A stretch of DNA of 49,183 bases, taken from positions 1 through 49,183 of the IMG/VR virus record IMGVR_UViG_3300037522_000084. One strand, 5' to 3'. The DNA is from a virus. Its lineage: Duplodnaviria > Caudoviricetes. The position numbers and the translations under genes are program-made. Below are positions 16,986 to 25,723 of the stretch, piece after piece (the first letter of the stretch is position 1; every line of letters starts with the position of its first letter). Below the pieces are notes generated by a model that saw only the letters and a list, made by a program, of their open reading frames with translations, did not search any database and had not been told where the DNA came from.

Positions 16986-17608
16986 AGTACGTCCACGGCT
17001 GGGCATTCCCCGCCTGCGACGTGGTGATGTCCAGAGGGATTGGCGCCGACGGTTCTTATCAATTCGACTCGTTGCACGCGGCGTTGAAGCATGTGACGTT
17101 GTGGCGCACCGCCATCGATGCGGGGGCGCACGTCGGCACCTGGTCGCGGGCGCTCGCCAAGCGATTCGTCAAGGTGATCGCCTTCGAGCCGGCCGAGGAC
17201 ACCTTCGCCGCGCTCACGATCAACTGCCCGGAGGTCGACTGCAGAAACCAGGCGGTCGGGGCAAGCTCGGGATTGGTTCGCATGGCGATCGATCCGAGGT
17301 ACGGCCCGCATCACACCGGCGCGCGATACATCCGGGAGGGCGGCAAGATCGATCGGATTGCAATCGACAGCTTGGATCTTGTGGAGCTCGATTTCCTGAA
17401 ACTGGATCTCGAGGGCGGAGAAACCGATGCCCTCAAAGGAGCACGGCAGACGCTCGAGCGCTGCCGGCCGGTCGTTGTATTCGAGGACAAGCGATTCGGG
17501 CGGCGCTTCGGTTACGACAGAGAGATGCCCCTCAATGTCCTAAAAGCTATCGGCGCGCAGGAGTTCGACCGCGTAGGCAGAAACCGGATATGGGGGTGGC
17601 GTGGCTGA
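16964..17608 (+). CDS. FkbM-family SAM-dependent methyltransferase
   Basis: AIDAGAHVG, VIAFEP, DFLKLDLEGGE, PVVVFE. Confidence 0.88.
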   Translation: MDIKAPLKYVHGWAFPACDVVMSRGIGADGSYQFDSLHAALKHVTLWRTAIDAGAHVGTWSRALAKRFVKVIAFEPAEDTFAALTINCPEVDCRNQAVGASSGLVRMAIDPRYGPHHTGARYIREGGKIDRIAIDSLDLVELDFLKLDLEGGETDALKGARQTLERCRPVVVFEDKRFGRRFGYDREMPLNVLKAIGAQEFDRVGRNRIWGWRG

Positions 17609-18062
17609 CGACCTGCACACCCAGATCGTCGACGCGGTGAAGGCCGCGCTCGACTCGAGCGCCGTGCCCTCGATCGACAACGTCTTCGGCTTCCTGGTGC
17701 ACGCGCAGGATCCCGGCCTGATGCCATACCTCTCGGTCTGGGCGCCGCGCGAGGACGTGCAGCGCGAGAGCGGCGGCGGTGGCGAGGACACGCTCACCGA
17801 GTCCCTGCTCGAGTTGCGGGTGGCGGGTTTCGTGAAGGTCGAGGACCCGGAGCCGGTGCTCAACCAGATCAAGATCGAGGTGCAGAGGGCGCTCGCCGCA
17901 GGCATCCAGATCGGGGGCGTGCAGGTGAACTTCGACTACCGCGGCTGCGAGAAGACCTACGAGGGGCGCGAGGCCGACCAGGACTACAGCGAGATCGAGA
18001 TACGCTTCGAGGCCGAGATCGCCTACGAGGCGGGCGCGCCCGACGTGCTGGCGTGGCAATAG
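17601..18062 (+). CDS. Tail completion/terminator-like protein
   Basis: Acidic 153-aa protein at the start of the tail module. Confidence 0.55.
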   Translation: MADDLHTQIVDAVKAALDSSAVPSIDNVFGFLVHAQDPGLMPYLSVWAPREDVQRESGGGGEDTLTESLLELRVAGFVKVEDPEPVLNQIKIEVQRALAAGIQIGGVQVNFDYRGCEKTYEGREADQDYSEIEIRFEAEIAYEAGAPDVLAWQ

Positions 18063-18622
18063 GCGGATTCTCGCTCCCGTCGTTTCGCGGGCAGGTGCGC
18101 GCGCTGATGGCGAAGGCCGACGCGATCATCCTGGACGCGCATCTCTCGGCCATCAACAAGTCGGCGGTGTCGGTGCGCGCCAAAGCCGCGCAGATCATCC
18201 GCCGGCGCTATCCGGGGTTCAAGGCCGCGGAGATCAAGAAGAGCATGGTGATCGTGCGGGCGACCCGGTCGCACCCGACGGCGAAGATCCGCGTGCGCGG
18301 GCGGCGCACGCCGCTGATCGCGTTCGGTGCGAAACAAACGCGCCGGGGCGTGAGCGTGCGCATCACCACGCGAAAGATCGTGCGCGGTGCGTTCATCGCG
18401 ACGATGAAGAGCGGTCACCGGGGAGTCTTCTGGCGCTCGGGGGAGTTCGGCCGGCGGGGCAACCAGAAGCTCGAGCGGATCGAGCATCTGACCTCGCTCT
18501 CCGTCCCGCAGACGATCGAGCAGGAGGTCGTGCTCGATGGGCTTCGCAAGTTCGCGCTCGAGCGCTACCGCATCGAGCTCGTGAGAGAGATCAAGTTCAG
18601 GACCGCGCGAGCGGGGAAGTGA
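18053..18622 (+). CDS. Minor tail protein Z-like
   Basis: Basic protein; AINKSA, GAFIATMKSGHRGVFWR, SVPQ motifs. Confidence 0.8.
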   Translation: MAIGGFSLPSFRGQVRALMAKADAIILDAHLSAINKSAVSVRAKAAQIIRRRYPGFKAAEIKKSMVIVRATRSHPTAKIRVRGRRTPLIAFGAKQTRRGVSVRITTRKIVRGAFIATMKSGHRGVFWRSGEFGRRGNQKLERIEHLTSLSVPQTIEQEVVLDGLRKFALERYRIELVREIKFRTARAGK

Positions 18623-18646
18623 AAACCACCAGGAAAGGAGAAGCAC

Positions 18647-19036
18647 ATGGACGGCATCATCGGGCGGCACATCACCCTGTACTGGGGCTCCACGCCGATC
18701 GCGAAGCTGACGACGAAGGGCATCCAGATCAACAACGAGCTCGTGGACGACACGGGCGACGACGACGGGGCCTGGCGGAACATCCTCAACGAGCCGGGCA
18801 CGAAGACCGTGAGCTTCAGCGCCTCCGGCATCGTGGTCAACCGCACGCTCCTGCAGGCCGCGCTCGACGAGGACAACGTCGTGAACGACATGACCTTCGA
18901 GTACCCGGACGGCGGGAGGATCACCGGCAACTTCGGGATCGAGGGCTACTCGGAGACCGGCGAGCGCGCGGCATCCGTCACCTTCGAGTCGACGTTCCAG
19001 AGCAAGGGCCCGGTCACCTACGCGGCGGGCGCGTAA
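18647..19036 (+). CDS. Major tail tube protein
   Basis: NNELVDDTGDDDGAWR, SFSASG, TFESTFQSKGPVTY; AAGGAG RBS. Confidence 0.85.
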   Translation: MDGIIGRHITLYWGSTPIAKLTTKGIQINNELVDDTGDDDGAWRNILNEPGTKTVSFSASGIVVNRTLLQAALDEDNVVNDMTFEYPDGGRITGNFGIEGYSETGERAASVTFESTFQSKGPVTYAAGA

Positions 19037-19062
19037 CGCGCTGAAAGGCGAAGGAGGAGGAG

Positions 19063-19476
19063 ATGCCGATTTTCGAGCCGTTCAAGCTCGGCACCTGGAA
19101 GGACCGCGAGTACGTCGTGCCCGCGGACGCCGTGATGGGCTGCATCGCCACGGTCGAGCAGCACGTCACGTTCTTCGACATGGCGGAGATGCGCACGACC
19201 GGGAAGCTCCGGTCCATGCAGCTCTCGCAGGGGCTGGCGGCTGCCATGCGCTATGCCGGCGCCGAGGTCACCGCCGAGGAGCTGTACAACACGCTGTTCA
19301 CCGGACAGAACCCAGTCGAGACCGTGCGCCGGATGTGGGCCACGCTCATGGCGCTGGAGACGCTGATGATCCCGCCCGAGCACCTGCGGGCGCTGGATGA
19401 GAAACAGCGGGGAAAGGTACGCAGAGGCGCGCGGGCGGCCTCGTCGAAGAAGCGTACAAGCTCGCGGTCGGCCTAG
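19063..19476 (+). CDS. Tail assembly chaperone (gpG)
   Basis: Between tube and tape measure genes; strong RBS; in-frame G GGA AAG slippery site. Confidence 0.8.
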   Translation: MPIFEPFKLGTWKDREYVVPADAVMGCIATVEQHVTFFDMAEMRTTGKLRSMQLSQGLAAAMRYAGAEVTAEELYNTLFTGQNPVETVRRMWATLMALETLMIPPEHLRALDEKQRGKVRRGARAASSKKRTSSRSA

Positions 19477-19628
19477 GCTGGGTCACGCCCAGCCAGTTCT
19501 GGAAGTTGCATCCCACGGAGTTCTGGTGGCTCGTCGAGGCGAAACGTCGCCCAAAGATGTACGGCCGCCTCACCGAACAGGAGGTCGACGACATGATCGC
19601 TGAGGCCAAGGCGGAAGGGATGATGTAG
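19410..19628 (+). CDS. -1 frameshift extension of the tail chaperone (gpGT)
   Basis: GGGAAAG at 19410-19416; -1 frame open to TAG at 19628: ...LGWVTPSQFWKLHPTEFWWL... Confidence 0.85.
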   Translation, partial: GKGTQRRAGGLVEEAYKLAVGLGWVTPSQFWKLHPTEFWWLVEAKRRPKMYGRLTEQEVDDMIAEAKAEGMM

Positions 19629-21473
19629 ATGGCGACCAAGCTGGGCACGGTCGGGATCCTTGATATTTTATTGTCAGGCGACACCGCCAACCTGAAGCGG
19701 GCGACGAAGGAGGGTGCGACCAACCTGGAGAAGATGGGGGCGGTCGCGCGCAGCACCGTGACCTCTGTCGCCAAGCTCTCGGCCGCGATCGGGGCTGCGA
19801 GCGTCGCGGTCTTCGCGTTCACCAAGCGGGTCGCCGCCACGGGCGACCAGTTCGCGAAGATGTCCGCCAAGGTCGGAGCCTCGACGGAGTTCCTCTCCGC
19901 GTTCGCGCACGCCGCCAGGCTCGGCGGCGCCTCCACGGAAGGCATGGAGAAGTCGATCGGACGGATGACGCGCGTCATGTCCGACGCCTCGAACGGCCTG
20001 GCCACCGCGAAGCGCAGTTTCGACGACCTCGACATCGAGGTCCAGAAGACGGACGGCTCCCTGCGGGCGGTCCCGGAGGTCTTGCTCGAAGTCGCCGATC
20101 GCATCGCCGGGATGACGGACGAGACCAAGCAGGCGGCGCTCGCCCAGGAGATATTCGGGCGCTCCGGCCTCACTTTGCTCCCGGTCCTCAAGCAGGGCTC
20201 GGCCGCGATCCGCGAGCACATGGAGGAAGCGCGGCGCCTGGGCATCGTCTGGAGCGCGGAGGCGGCCAAGGCGGCCGAGGATTTCAATGACAACATAGAG
20301 CGGCTCGGGCGCGGAGTCGAAGGGATCTCGATGCAGCTTGCCGGGCCGCTGATCAAGGCGCTCGGCGACACCGCGGGCGCGTTCCTGGACGCTCAGCGCG
20401 CCGGCGAGGGCTTCGGCGACGCGATGCTGCGCGCGATGCAGATCTTTCTGACCGGCACGGACCTGCAGAAGTGGGAAAGCGACATGGCGGCCGCTGGCGA
20501 GCAGTTGCTCGGGGCACAGAAGAAGCTCGACGAGGCCCTGCGCGTGCAGCGCTCGCCCGGCATGAAGGAATTCGGCACGAACCTGGTCAGGCAGGCGCGC
20601 GAGGCAGTCGATCAGGCCTCGGCAGAGATCGCTCGGCTGCGCGACATCAAGCCGATCCTGCTCGGCCCGGAGACCCCGCCGGACGGCAAGCCCAAAGGAA
20701 CGCCGGGCGGCGGTGGCGGCATGACGGACGCCCAGAAGAAGGAACAAGAGGAGCGCAGAAAGCTCCTGGGCGAGCAGTACCAGTGGGAGCTGGACGAAGA
20801 GCAGCGTGTGCGCGAGGAGATCGACGCGATCTACATCGAGGCGCACGAGAAGCGCCTGGAGGACGAAAAGCAACGGCAGGCCGACCTGCAGGCCGCGAAG
20901 ATCGAGGGCTACGAGTGGGAGCAGGAGCAGGCGATCGCGCAGGGCGAGGAGCTGCTCGCGATCGACAAGGCGATCGCCGAGCAGAAGCAGGCACAGCGCC
21001 AGCGCGAGCAGAAGGCGAACGCCGACTTCTGGAACAACCTGGCCGGGCTCATGAACACCGGCTCGAAGAAGGCCTTCGAGATCGGCAAGGCCTTCTCCCT
21101 CGGCCAGGCGGCGATCAAGGGAGCCTCGGCGGTCATGAGCGCATGGGAGGCCGGGATGTCCACGGGAGGGCCGTGGGCGCCCGTGGTGGCCGCTGCCTAC
21201 GCTGCGGCCGCGGGGCTGAACGCCATCAACCTGATGAACAACATCCGCAGCCAGCAGTTCGGCGGCGGGGGCGGCGCGCCGGTTGCGCCTACTCAGGGCG
21301 CGAGTAACGTCTCTCCGGTCGGGGCGGGCGGCGCCGGCGGGCAGCAGGGGCAGGGCCAGTCCATGACCCACATCATCAAGGGCCTCGACCCGAACCAGCT
21401 CTTCAGCGGGCGGCAGCTGCGCGAACTGCTCAACGAAGGCACGCGCGACGGCGACCGCTGGGTGTTCACGTGA
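19629..21473 (+). CDS. Tape measure protein
   Basis: 614 aa, Ala-rich and helical, follows the chaperones; ALAQEIFGRSG motif. Confidence 0.88.
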   Translation: MATKLGTVGILDILLSGDTANLKRATKEGATNLEKMGAVARSTVTSVAKLSAAIGAASVAVFAFTKRVAATGDQFAKMSAKVGASTEFLSAFAHAARLGGASTEGMEKSIGRMTRVMSDASNGLATAKRSFDDLDIEVQKTDGSLRAVPEVLLEVADRIAGMTDETKQAALAQEIFGRSGLTLLPVLKQGSAAIREHMEEARRLGIVWSAEAAKAAEDFNDNIERLGRGVEGISMQLAGPLIKALGDTAGAFLDAQRAGEGFGDAMLRAMQIFLTGTDLQKWESDMAAAGEQLLGAQKKLDEALRVQRSPGMKEFGTNLVRQAREAVDQASAEIARLRDIKPILLGPETPPDGKPKGTPGGGGGMTDAQKKEQEERRKLLGEQYQWELDEEQRVREEIDAIYIEAHEKRLEDEKQRQADLQAAKIEGYEWEQEQAIAQGEELLAIDKAIAEQKQAQRQREQKANADFWNNLAGLMNTGSKKAFEIGKAFSLGQAAIKGASAVMSAWEAGMSTGGPWAPVVAAAYAAAAGLNAINLMNNIRSQQFGGGGGAPVAPTQGASNVSPVGAGGAGGQQGQGQSMTHIIKGLDPNQLFSGRQLRELLNEGTRDGDRWVFT

Positions 21474-21483
21474 GCGGCCCGAG

Positions 21484-22302
21484 ATGATCATCTTCACGAA
21501 CGCGCTCCTCGTCTCCGAACTCGCGGCTGGCAGCCCGCTCACGCGCGCTCGGATTCTCTGGCAGAACTGGCTACGCGATCTCGAGCCCGCCGCCGTCGTC
21601 GCGAGTTCCGAGGAGGTTGGGTTCCCGGCGGACGCCGTTCTCCGGCCGGACACCGCGGAGGGGTGGAAGCCGTTCTCCCTGCCGGCGACGCTGACGATCG
21701 ACCTCGGCCAGATGAGGAGCATCGACGCCGCGGGCCTGGTCGCGACGCTCGGATCGGCGGGCGCCTCCGGGGGGATCGCGACCAGCCCGGACGGCGTGTC
21801 GTTTGACGACTTCTCGCTCGAGGTAAACCCGGCCGACGACGCGCCGATCATGTTTCTAGACGATTCCGTGGCCGCGCGCTACCTGCGCCTGACGGTCGAC
21901 GGAGATGGCGAGGCTCCGATCGTCCCGGTCCTCTACGCGGGCGAGGCGCTCGTCATGCCACGGGCGATCTACGGCGGGCTCACGCCGCCGACGCTTGCGC
22001 GCGAGACCGTTCTCCACGGATCGGAGTCGCGAGGCGGCCAGATCCTAGGGCAGGGCTTTCGCAGGCACGGGGTAGCCGGCTCGATGCCGTTCCGGCACAT
22101 CCCCGCGTCATTCTATCGCTCCGACATCGACCCGTTCGTCCGCGCCGCGAGGAGCTACCCGGCGTTCATCGCCTGGCGGCCGGAGACCTTCCCGCTCGAG
22201 GTCATCTATGCCCGGATCCCGGGCGACATCCATCCGCAGAACGAGGGCAAGAGGGACTTCATGTCCTTCGAGCTTCCCTACCGGGGGATAGGGCATGAGT
22301 GA
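21484..22302 (+). CDS. Distal tail-type protein
   Basis: Position after the tape measure gene; LTIDLG, RYLRL, FIAWRP motifs. Confidence 0.6.
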   Translation: MIIFTNALLVSELAAGSPLTRARILWQNWLRDLEPAAVVASSEEVGFPADAVLRPDTAEGWKPFSLPATLTIDLGQMRSIDAAGLVATLGSAGASGGIATSPDGVSFDDFSLEVNPADDAPIMFLDDSVAARYLRLTVDGDGEAPIVPVLYAGEALVMPRAIYGGLTPPTLARETVLHGSESRGGQILGQGFRRHGVAGSMPFRHIPASFYRSDIDPFVRAARSYPAFIAWRPETFPLEVIYARIPGDIHPQNEGKRDFMSFELPYRGIGHE

Positions 22303-24970
22303 TTTCGGGCGCGCGGTCATCCGGATCTTCGAGATCGACCGCGTGCGCTGCTCGCTTGTCTTCAGCGAGTCGCCATGCTCCGGCGAGCTCGGGGTCACGG
22401 GCGTGCGCAAGTGCACGAATGCACGCTCGAACTGCCACGACCCGGCGGCCTTCACGCCGGAGATCGTCGTCGATCGCCACCTCCCGGATCAGGAGGGGAC
22501 GCTCCATCTCTACGCGCCGTTCGTGCCGTCGATCGAGGACATGGCGGTCAAGCGACCGCTCTCGATCAACCTGGCGGGCATGGACAAGAACGCCGCCGCG
22601 CTCGGCACGCGCGAGACGCTCTCGGTGACGTTCCGGGATCACCTGCACTCAGACCTGGGGCACGACGACTACCGGCTCGAGCGGTACTCGGGCGATGCCT
22701 CGCTGCATCACTCGGGGACGGCGGATCCTGACTCGAACACGGGGGAGATGACGGATTTCCTCGTGCTCGCGCAAGACGCGCCGACGAAGATGCCGAGGGA
22801 CGCTGTGCTGAGGTTGGTGGGCGGCACGGCGAGCGGGCAGCAACGGCGAATCCTCAGCTACGACCCTGCGACGAGGATCGCGCGGGTCGAAAGCGCCTGG
22901 GATAGCGGGCCGGCGCCGGACGAGACGACTGAGTACGAGCTGCGCGAGGCCTACGATCCGTACAAGCGCGGCTCGTACTGGGGGAAGTGGATCGCGCGCA
23001 ATCCGTTCCACTCGGCCTACTCCTGCCGGGCGTACTGGGGCTACCTGGGCGATCCGATCGAGAGCATGCGCGTCGGCCACTACATCATCGACCGGGTCGA
23101 GGGTCCAGTGAACGGGATGGTCTCACTCACGGCCAAGGACCTCTTCTCGAAGATCGAGGCACGTAAGGCCGTCGCCCCATTCCCCTCGCGCGGCGAGCTC
23201 TCGGCCGACCTGACGGGCACGCCATCGGGCTTCAGCGTGAACCCTCCGGGGATCGGCGGCACGCCTGAGGAGGAGGGCGGCTACGCCTCGATCGACGACT
23301 CGTCCGGGGGCTATCTCGCGATCGGCGACGAGTTCGTGCACGTCACGCGATCGGGCGATGACTTCACCTTCGTCCCAGATTCGGAGGGGCTCTCGCGCGG
23401 ATGCCTCGGCACCGAGGCCGACGATCACGAGGAGGACGATCTCGTCCAGGGCACCTTCTCCGCGGTGCAGGAGCTCCCCCACGACATCGCCTACAGGCTC
23501 CTGACGGAATTCAGCAAGATCGATCCAGCGAAGATCGACAAGGATGTCTGGGACGCGCGCGCCGCCGAAATCACGGACCTCTACACCGGCAGGGTCGGCA
23601 AGCCGACGCCGGTCCTCCAGCTCATCGGCGAACTCGAGCGGCAGGCGGGCTTCACGCCCTGGCCAGATGTCTCGACCGGGATGATCGAGCTACGGGCGCT
23701 CCGCGCAGGGGCGGTCTCTCCGGTCGTCACCGACCAGGGCTGGATCGTCGACGATTCGCTCTCCGTGAAGCCTGAGCCGCAGAAGCGGGTCTCCCAGGTC
23801 TGGGTCTACTACGGGATGAAGAACCCGATGGAGGACGTGGACGACGACCGAAACTACCACTCGAGGGTGCTCCGTCCGGACGTCCCGACGGTCATCGATC
23901 TCGAGAGCGAGACGAAGTACGACGTGCCGGCGATCGAGCACGTCTACTCGCGCTGGATCCCGAAGGGCGGGCGAGCCCCGGCCGAGCGGTGCGGCGATCG
24001 CATCGCGGCGATGTTCCAGGATCCTCCACTGGTTGGCACGTTCCGGCTCCCGGCGTCCAAGGACGGCGAGCTCGACTACGCGCTGTACTTCGAGCTGGAG
24101 ACGTCGGAGGTGCAGGACCAGACCGGGCAGGAAAGACCTGTGACGATGGCGACGATCGAGGTCTCGCGCGGGGAGTTCGAGTCGTCCTACCGGGCGCAGT
24201 CCGTGAGCTTCGGATTGCTCGAGGAGGATGACGGCGTGCGCCGGGTCTTCATCGAGAACGACGAACTGAACGTCACCCTGCGCACGCTTCACGATTCGCA
24301 CTACCCGGCGCCGCTCGGGGACGAACTGATCGAGTTCATCGTCGTCGCAGGGTTCAGTGTTGGCTCGTCCTCGACCGGTGCTTTCTCCATGGACACGGGG
24401 GAGTGGCCTGCGATGACGACGCCGCCGCGGCTCGTGGTCCTTGCCGCGGCCCATGGGGAGTTTGAACTTCCGGAGAGCGGGATCCAGGGCAAGGGCGGCA
24501 AGGGCGGCGATGCTCGAGTCGTCGGCGGGGTCTATACGGCGTTCCCGGGCGAGCAGGGCGGGCCGGCGCTCAAGGTCCGCGTACCGTTCACGCTGGATGG
24601 CAACGGCCGGATATGGGCTGGAGCGGGCGGCGGCGGTGCCGGCGGCACGGGCATCAGCCCGCTCGCCTTGGGCGGCGGCGGCGGGGGCGGATTGGGAGTG
24701 GACGGCGGATCCGGAGGCGTGGGCTATAACACTGGCCAACCCGGCGATGCGGACAATGGTGGCCCAGGCGGGAACGGAAACGGCGTCTCGAGCGGCAGAG
24801 GCGGCCAAGGAGGCGGCGTGCTATCAGCTCTGGCTGGCTTCTCCGGTCAGAACGGAACCGGGAACGTCGGCGCCGCGGGCGGCGCGGCGGGCATCGCGAT
24901 CGACGGGGTCTCGCTCGTCACGTTCGATAGCAACGCTGACCTGGACATCCTGGGGTCTCAGATCAATTAG
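22295..24970 (+). CDS. Tail tip/hub protein with glycine-rich C-terminus
   Basis: 891 aa; N-terminal Cys cluster, RGCLGT motif, long GGxGG-rich tail. Confidence 0.7.
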   Translation: MSDFGRAVIRIFEIDRVRCSLVFSESPCSGELGVTGVRKCTNARSNCHDPAAFTPEIVVDRHLPDQEGTLHLYAPFVPSIEDMAVKRPLSINLAGMDKNAAALGTRETLSVTFRDHLHSDLGHDDYRLERYSGDASLHHSGTADPDSNTGEMTDFLVLAQDAPTKMPRDAVLRLVGGTASGQQRRILSYDPATRIARVESAWDSGPAPDETTEYELREAYDPYKRGSYWGKWIARNPFHSAYSCRAYWGYLGDPIESMRVGHYIIDRVEGPVNGMVSLTAKDLFSKIEARKAVAPFPSRGELSADLTGTPSGFSVNPPGIGGTPEEEGGYASIDDSSGGYLAIGDEFVHVTRSGDDFTFVPDSEGLSRGCLGTEADDHEEDDLVQGTFSAVQELPHDIAYRLLTEFSKIDPAKIDKDVWDARAAEITDLYTGRVGKPTPVLQLIGELERQAGFTPWPDVSTGMIELRALRAGAVSPVVTDQGWIVDDSLSVKPEPQKRVSQVWVYYGMKNPMEDVDDDRNYHSRVLRPDVPTVIDLESETKYDVPAIEHVYSRWIPKGGRAPAERCGDRIAAMFQDPPLVGTFRLPASKDGELDYALYFELETSEVQDQTGQERPVTMATIEVSRGEFESSYRAQSVSFGLLEEDDGVRRVFIENDELNVTLRTLHDSHYPAPLGDELIEFIVVAGFSVGSSSTGAFSMDTGEWPAMTTPPRLVVLAAAHGEFELPESGIQGKGGKGGDARVVGGVYTAFPGEQGGPALKVRVPFTLDGNGRIWAGAGGGGAGGTGISPLALGGGGGGGLGVDGGSGGVGYNTGQPGDADNGGPGGNGNGVSSGRGGQGGGVLSALAGFSGQNGTGNVGAAGGAAGIAIDGVSLVTFDSNADLDILGSQIN

Positions 24971-25524
24971 AACTGAATGACCGCGCCCACCGAGAAGAGC
25001 TGCAGCTTGTCGAACTCGAGCGAGTCCTTGCCGCGCACCTGCTCGTAGATCGCGCGCAGGCGCAGGTGCTCGTCGAGGTGGAACTCGATCCCCAGGCCGA
25101 AGAGCGGGCGCGAGCCGAGATCCGTCTTCGTGGCGGTGACGGCCCCTCCGGGTACGGTGACGGTCTTGAATTCGGACTTGGCGTCCCAGGCGCCGACCTT
25201 GCCGACGAGCGACCAGCGCTCGCCGAGTGGCACATTGCCAACGGCGGCGAGCGTGTAGCCGTCCGCGCTCCAGAATGCATTGAGCGAGGGCGTGAGCGCG
25301 TCATAGCTCGGCACGTCCAGGTAGCCCGCCTCGACGGCCAGGTAGCGATTGAAGCGCCAGGCGATGCCGAGCTGGCCGGCTCCGTTGTCGCGGCCGCTCA
25401 CATCGGGAGAGGTGCGGGCCTCGAGCTTTGCGCCGCCAATAGCGCCCCAGACATAGGGCTGCGCCAGGGCGGGGGCGGCACACAGCAGTGCCGCGGCGGC
25501 GATGAGGGTGCGGAGGGCGGTCAT
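24967..25524 (-). CDS. Outer-membrane beta-barrel protein (OmpA/Lom-like) moron
   Basis: Signal peptide (…APALA/Q), FNRYLAVEAGY, GLGIEF, C-terminal Phe. Confidence 0.85.
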   Translation of the reverse strand: MTALRTLIAAAALLCAAPALAQPYVWGAIGGAKLEARTSPDVSGRDNGAGQLGIAWRFNRYLAVEAGYLDVPSYDALTPSLNAFWSADGYTLAAVGNVPLGERWSLVGKVGAWDAKSEFKTVTVPGGAVTATKTDLGSRPLFGLGIEFHLDEHLRLRAIYEQVRGKDSLEFDKLQLFSVGAVIQF

Positions 25525-25655
25525 TTGGGCTCCTTTCGTAGGTACTCGGTCATGGCGCGGCGGATGAGCTCTGCCACCGACACGCCGGTTTTCTTCGAGA
25601 GCGCTTTGTACTGCTTGAGCAAGGGCTCGGGGAAGTAGTAGTTCGTTCGTTTCAT
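25521..25655 (-). CDS. Ribbon-helix-helix (CopG-like) regulator (44 aa, not in the ORF track)
   Basis: MKRTNYYFPEPLLKQYKALSKKTGVSVAELIRRAMTEYLRKEPK*; ATGA overlap with the barrel gene. Confidence 0.85.
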   Translation of the reverse strand: MKRTNYYFPEPLLKQYKALSKKTGVSVAELIRRAMTEYLRKEPK

Positions 25656-25668
25656 CGGCATGGGTGCG

Positions 25669-25698
25669 AAACTAGCACATAGCACATATGACCGTCAA
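25669..25698 (-). promoter_or_regulatory. Promoter of the RHH-OMP moron with direct-repeat operator
   Basis: Minus strand TTGACG-N18-TAGTTT with TATGTGC repeated twice in the spacer. Confidence 0.6.
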
Positions 25699-25723
25699 CC
25701 CCATCGCTTGAGGAGATAGCAGG

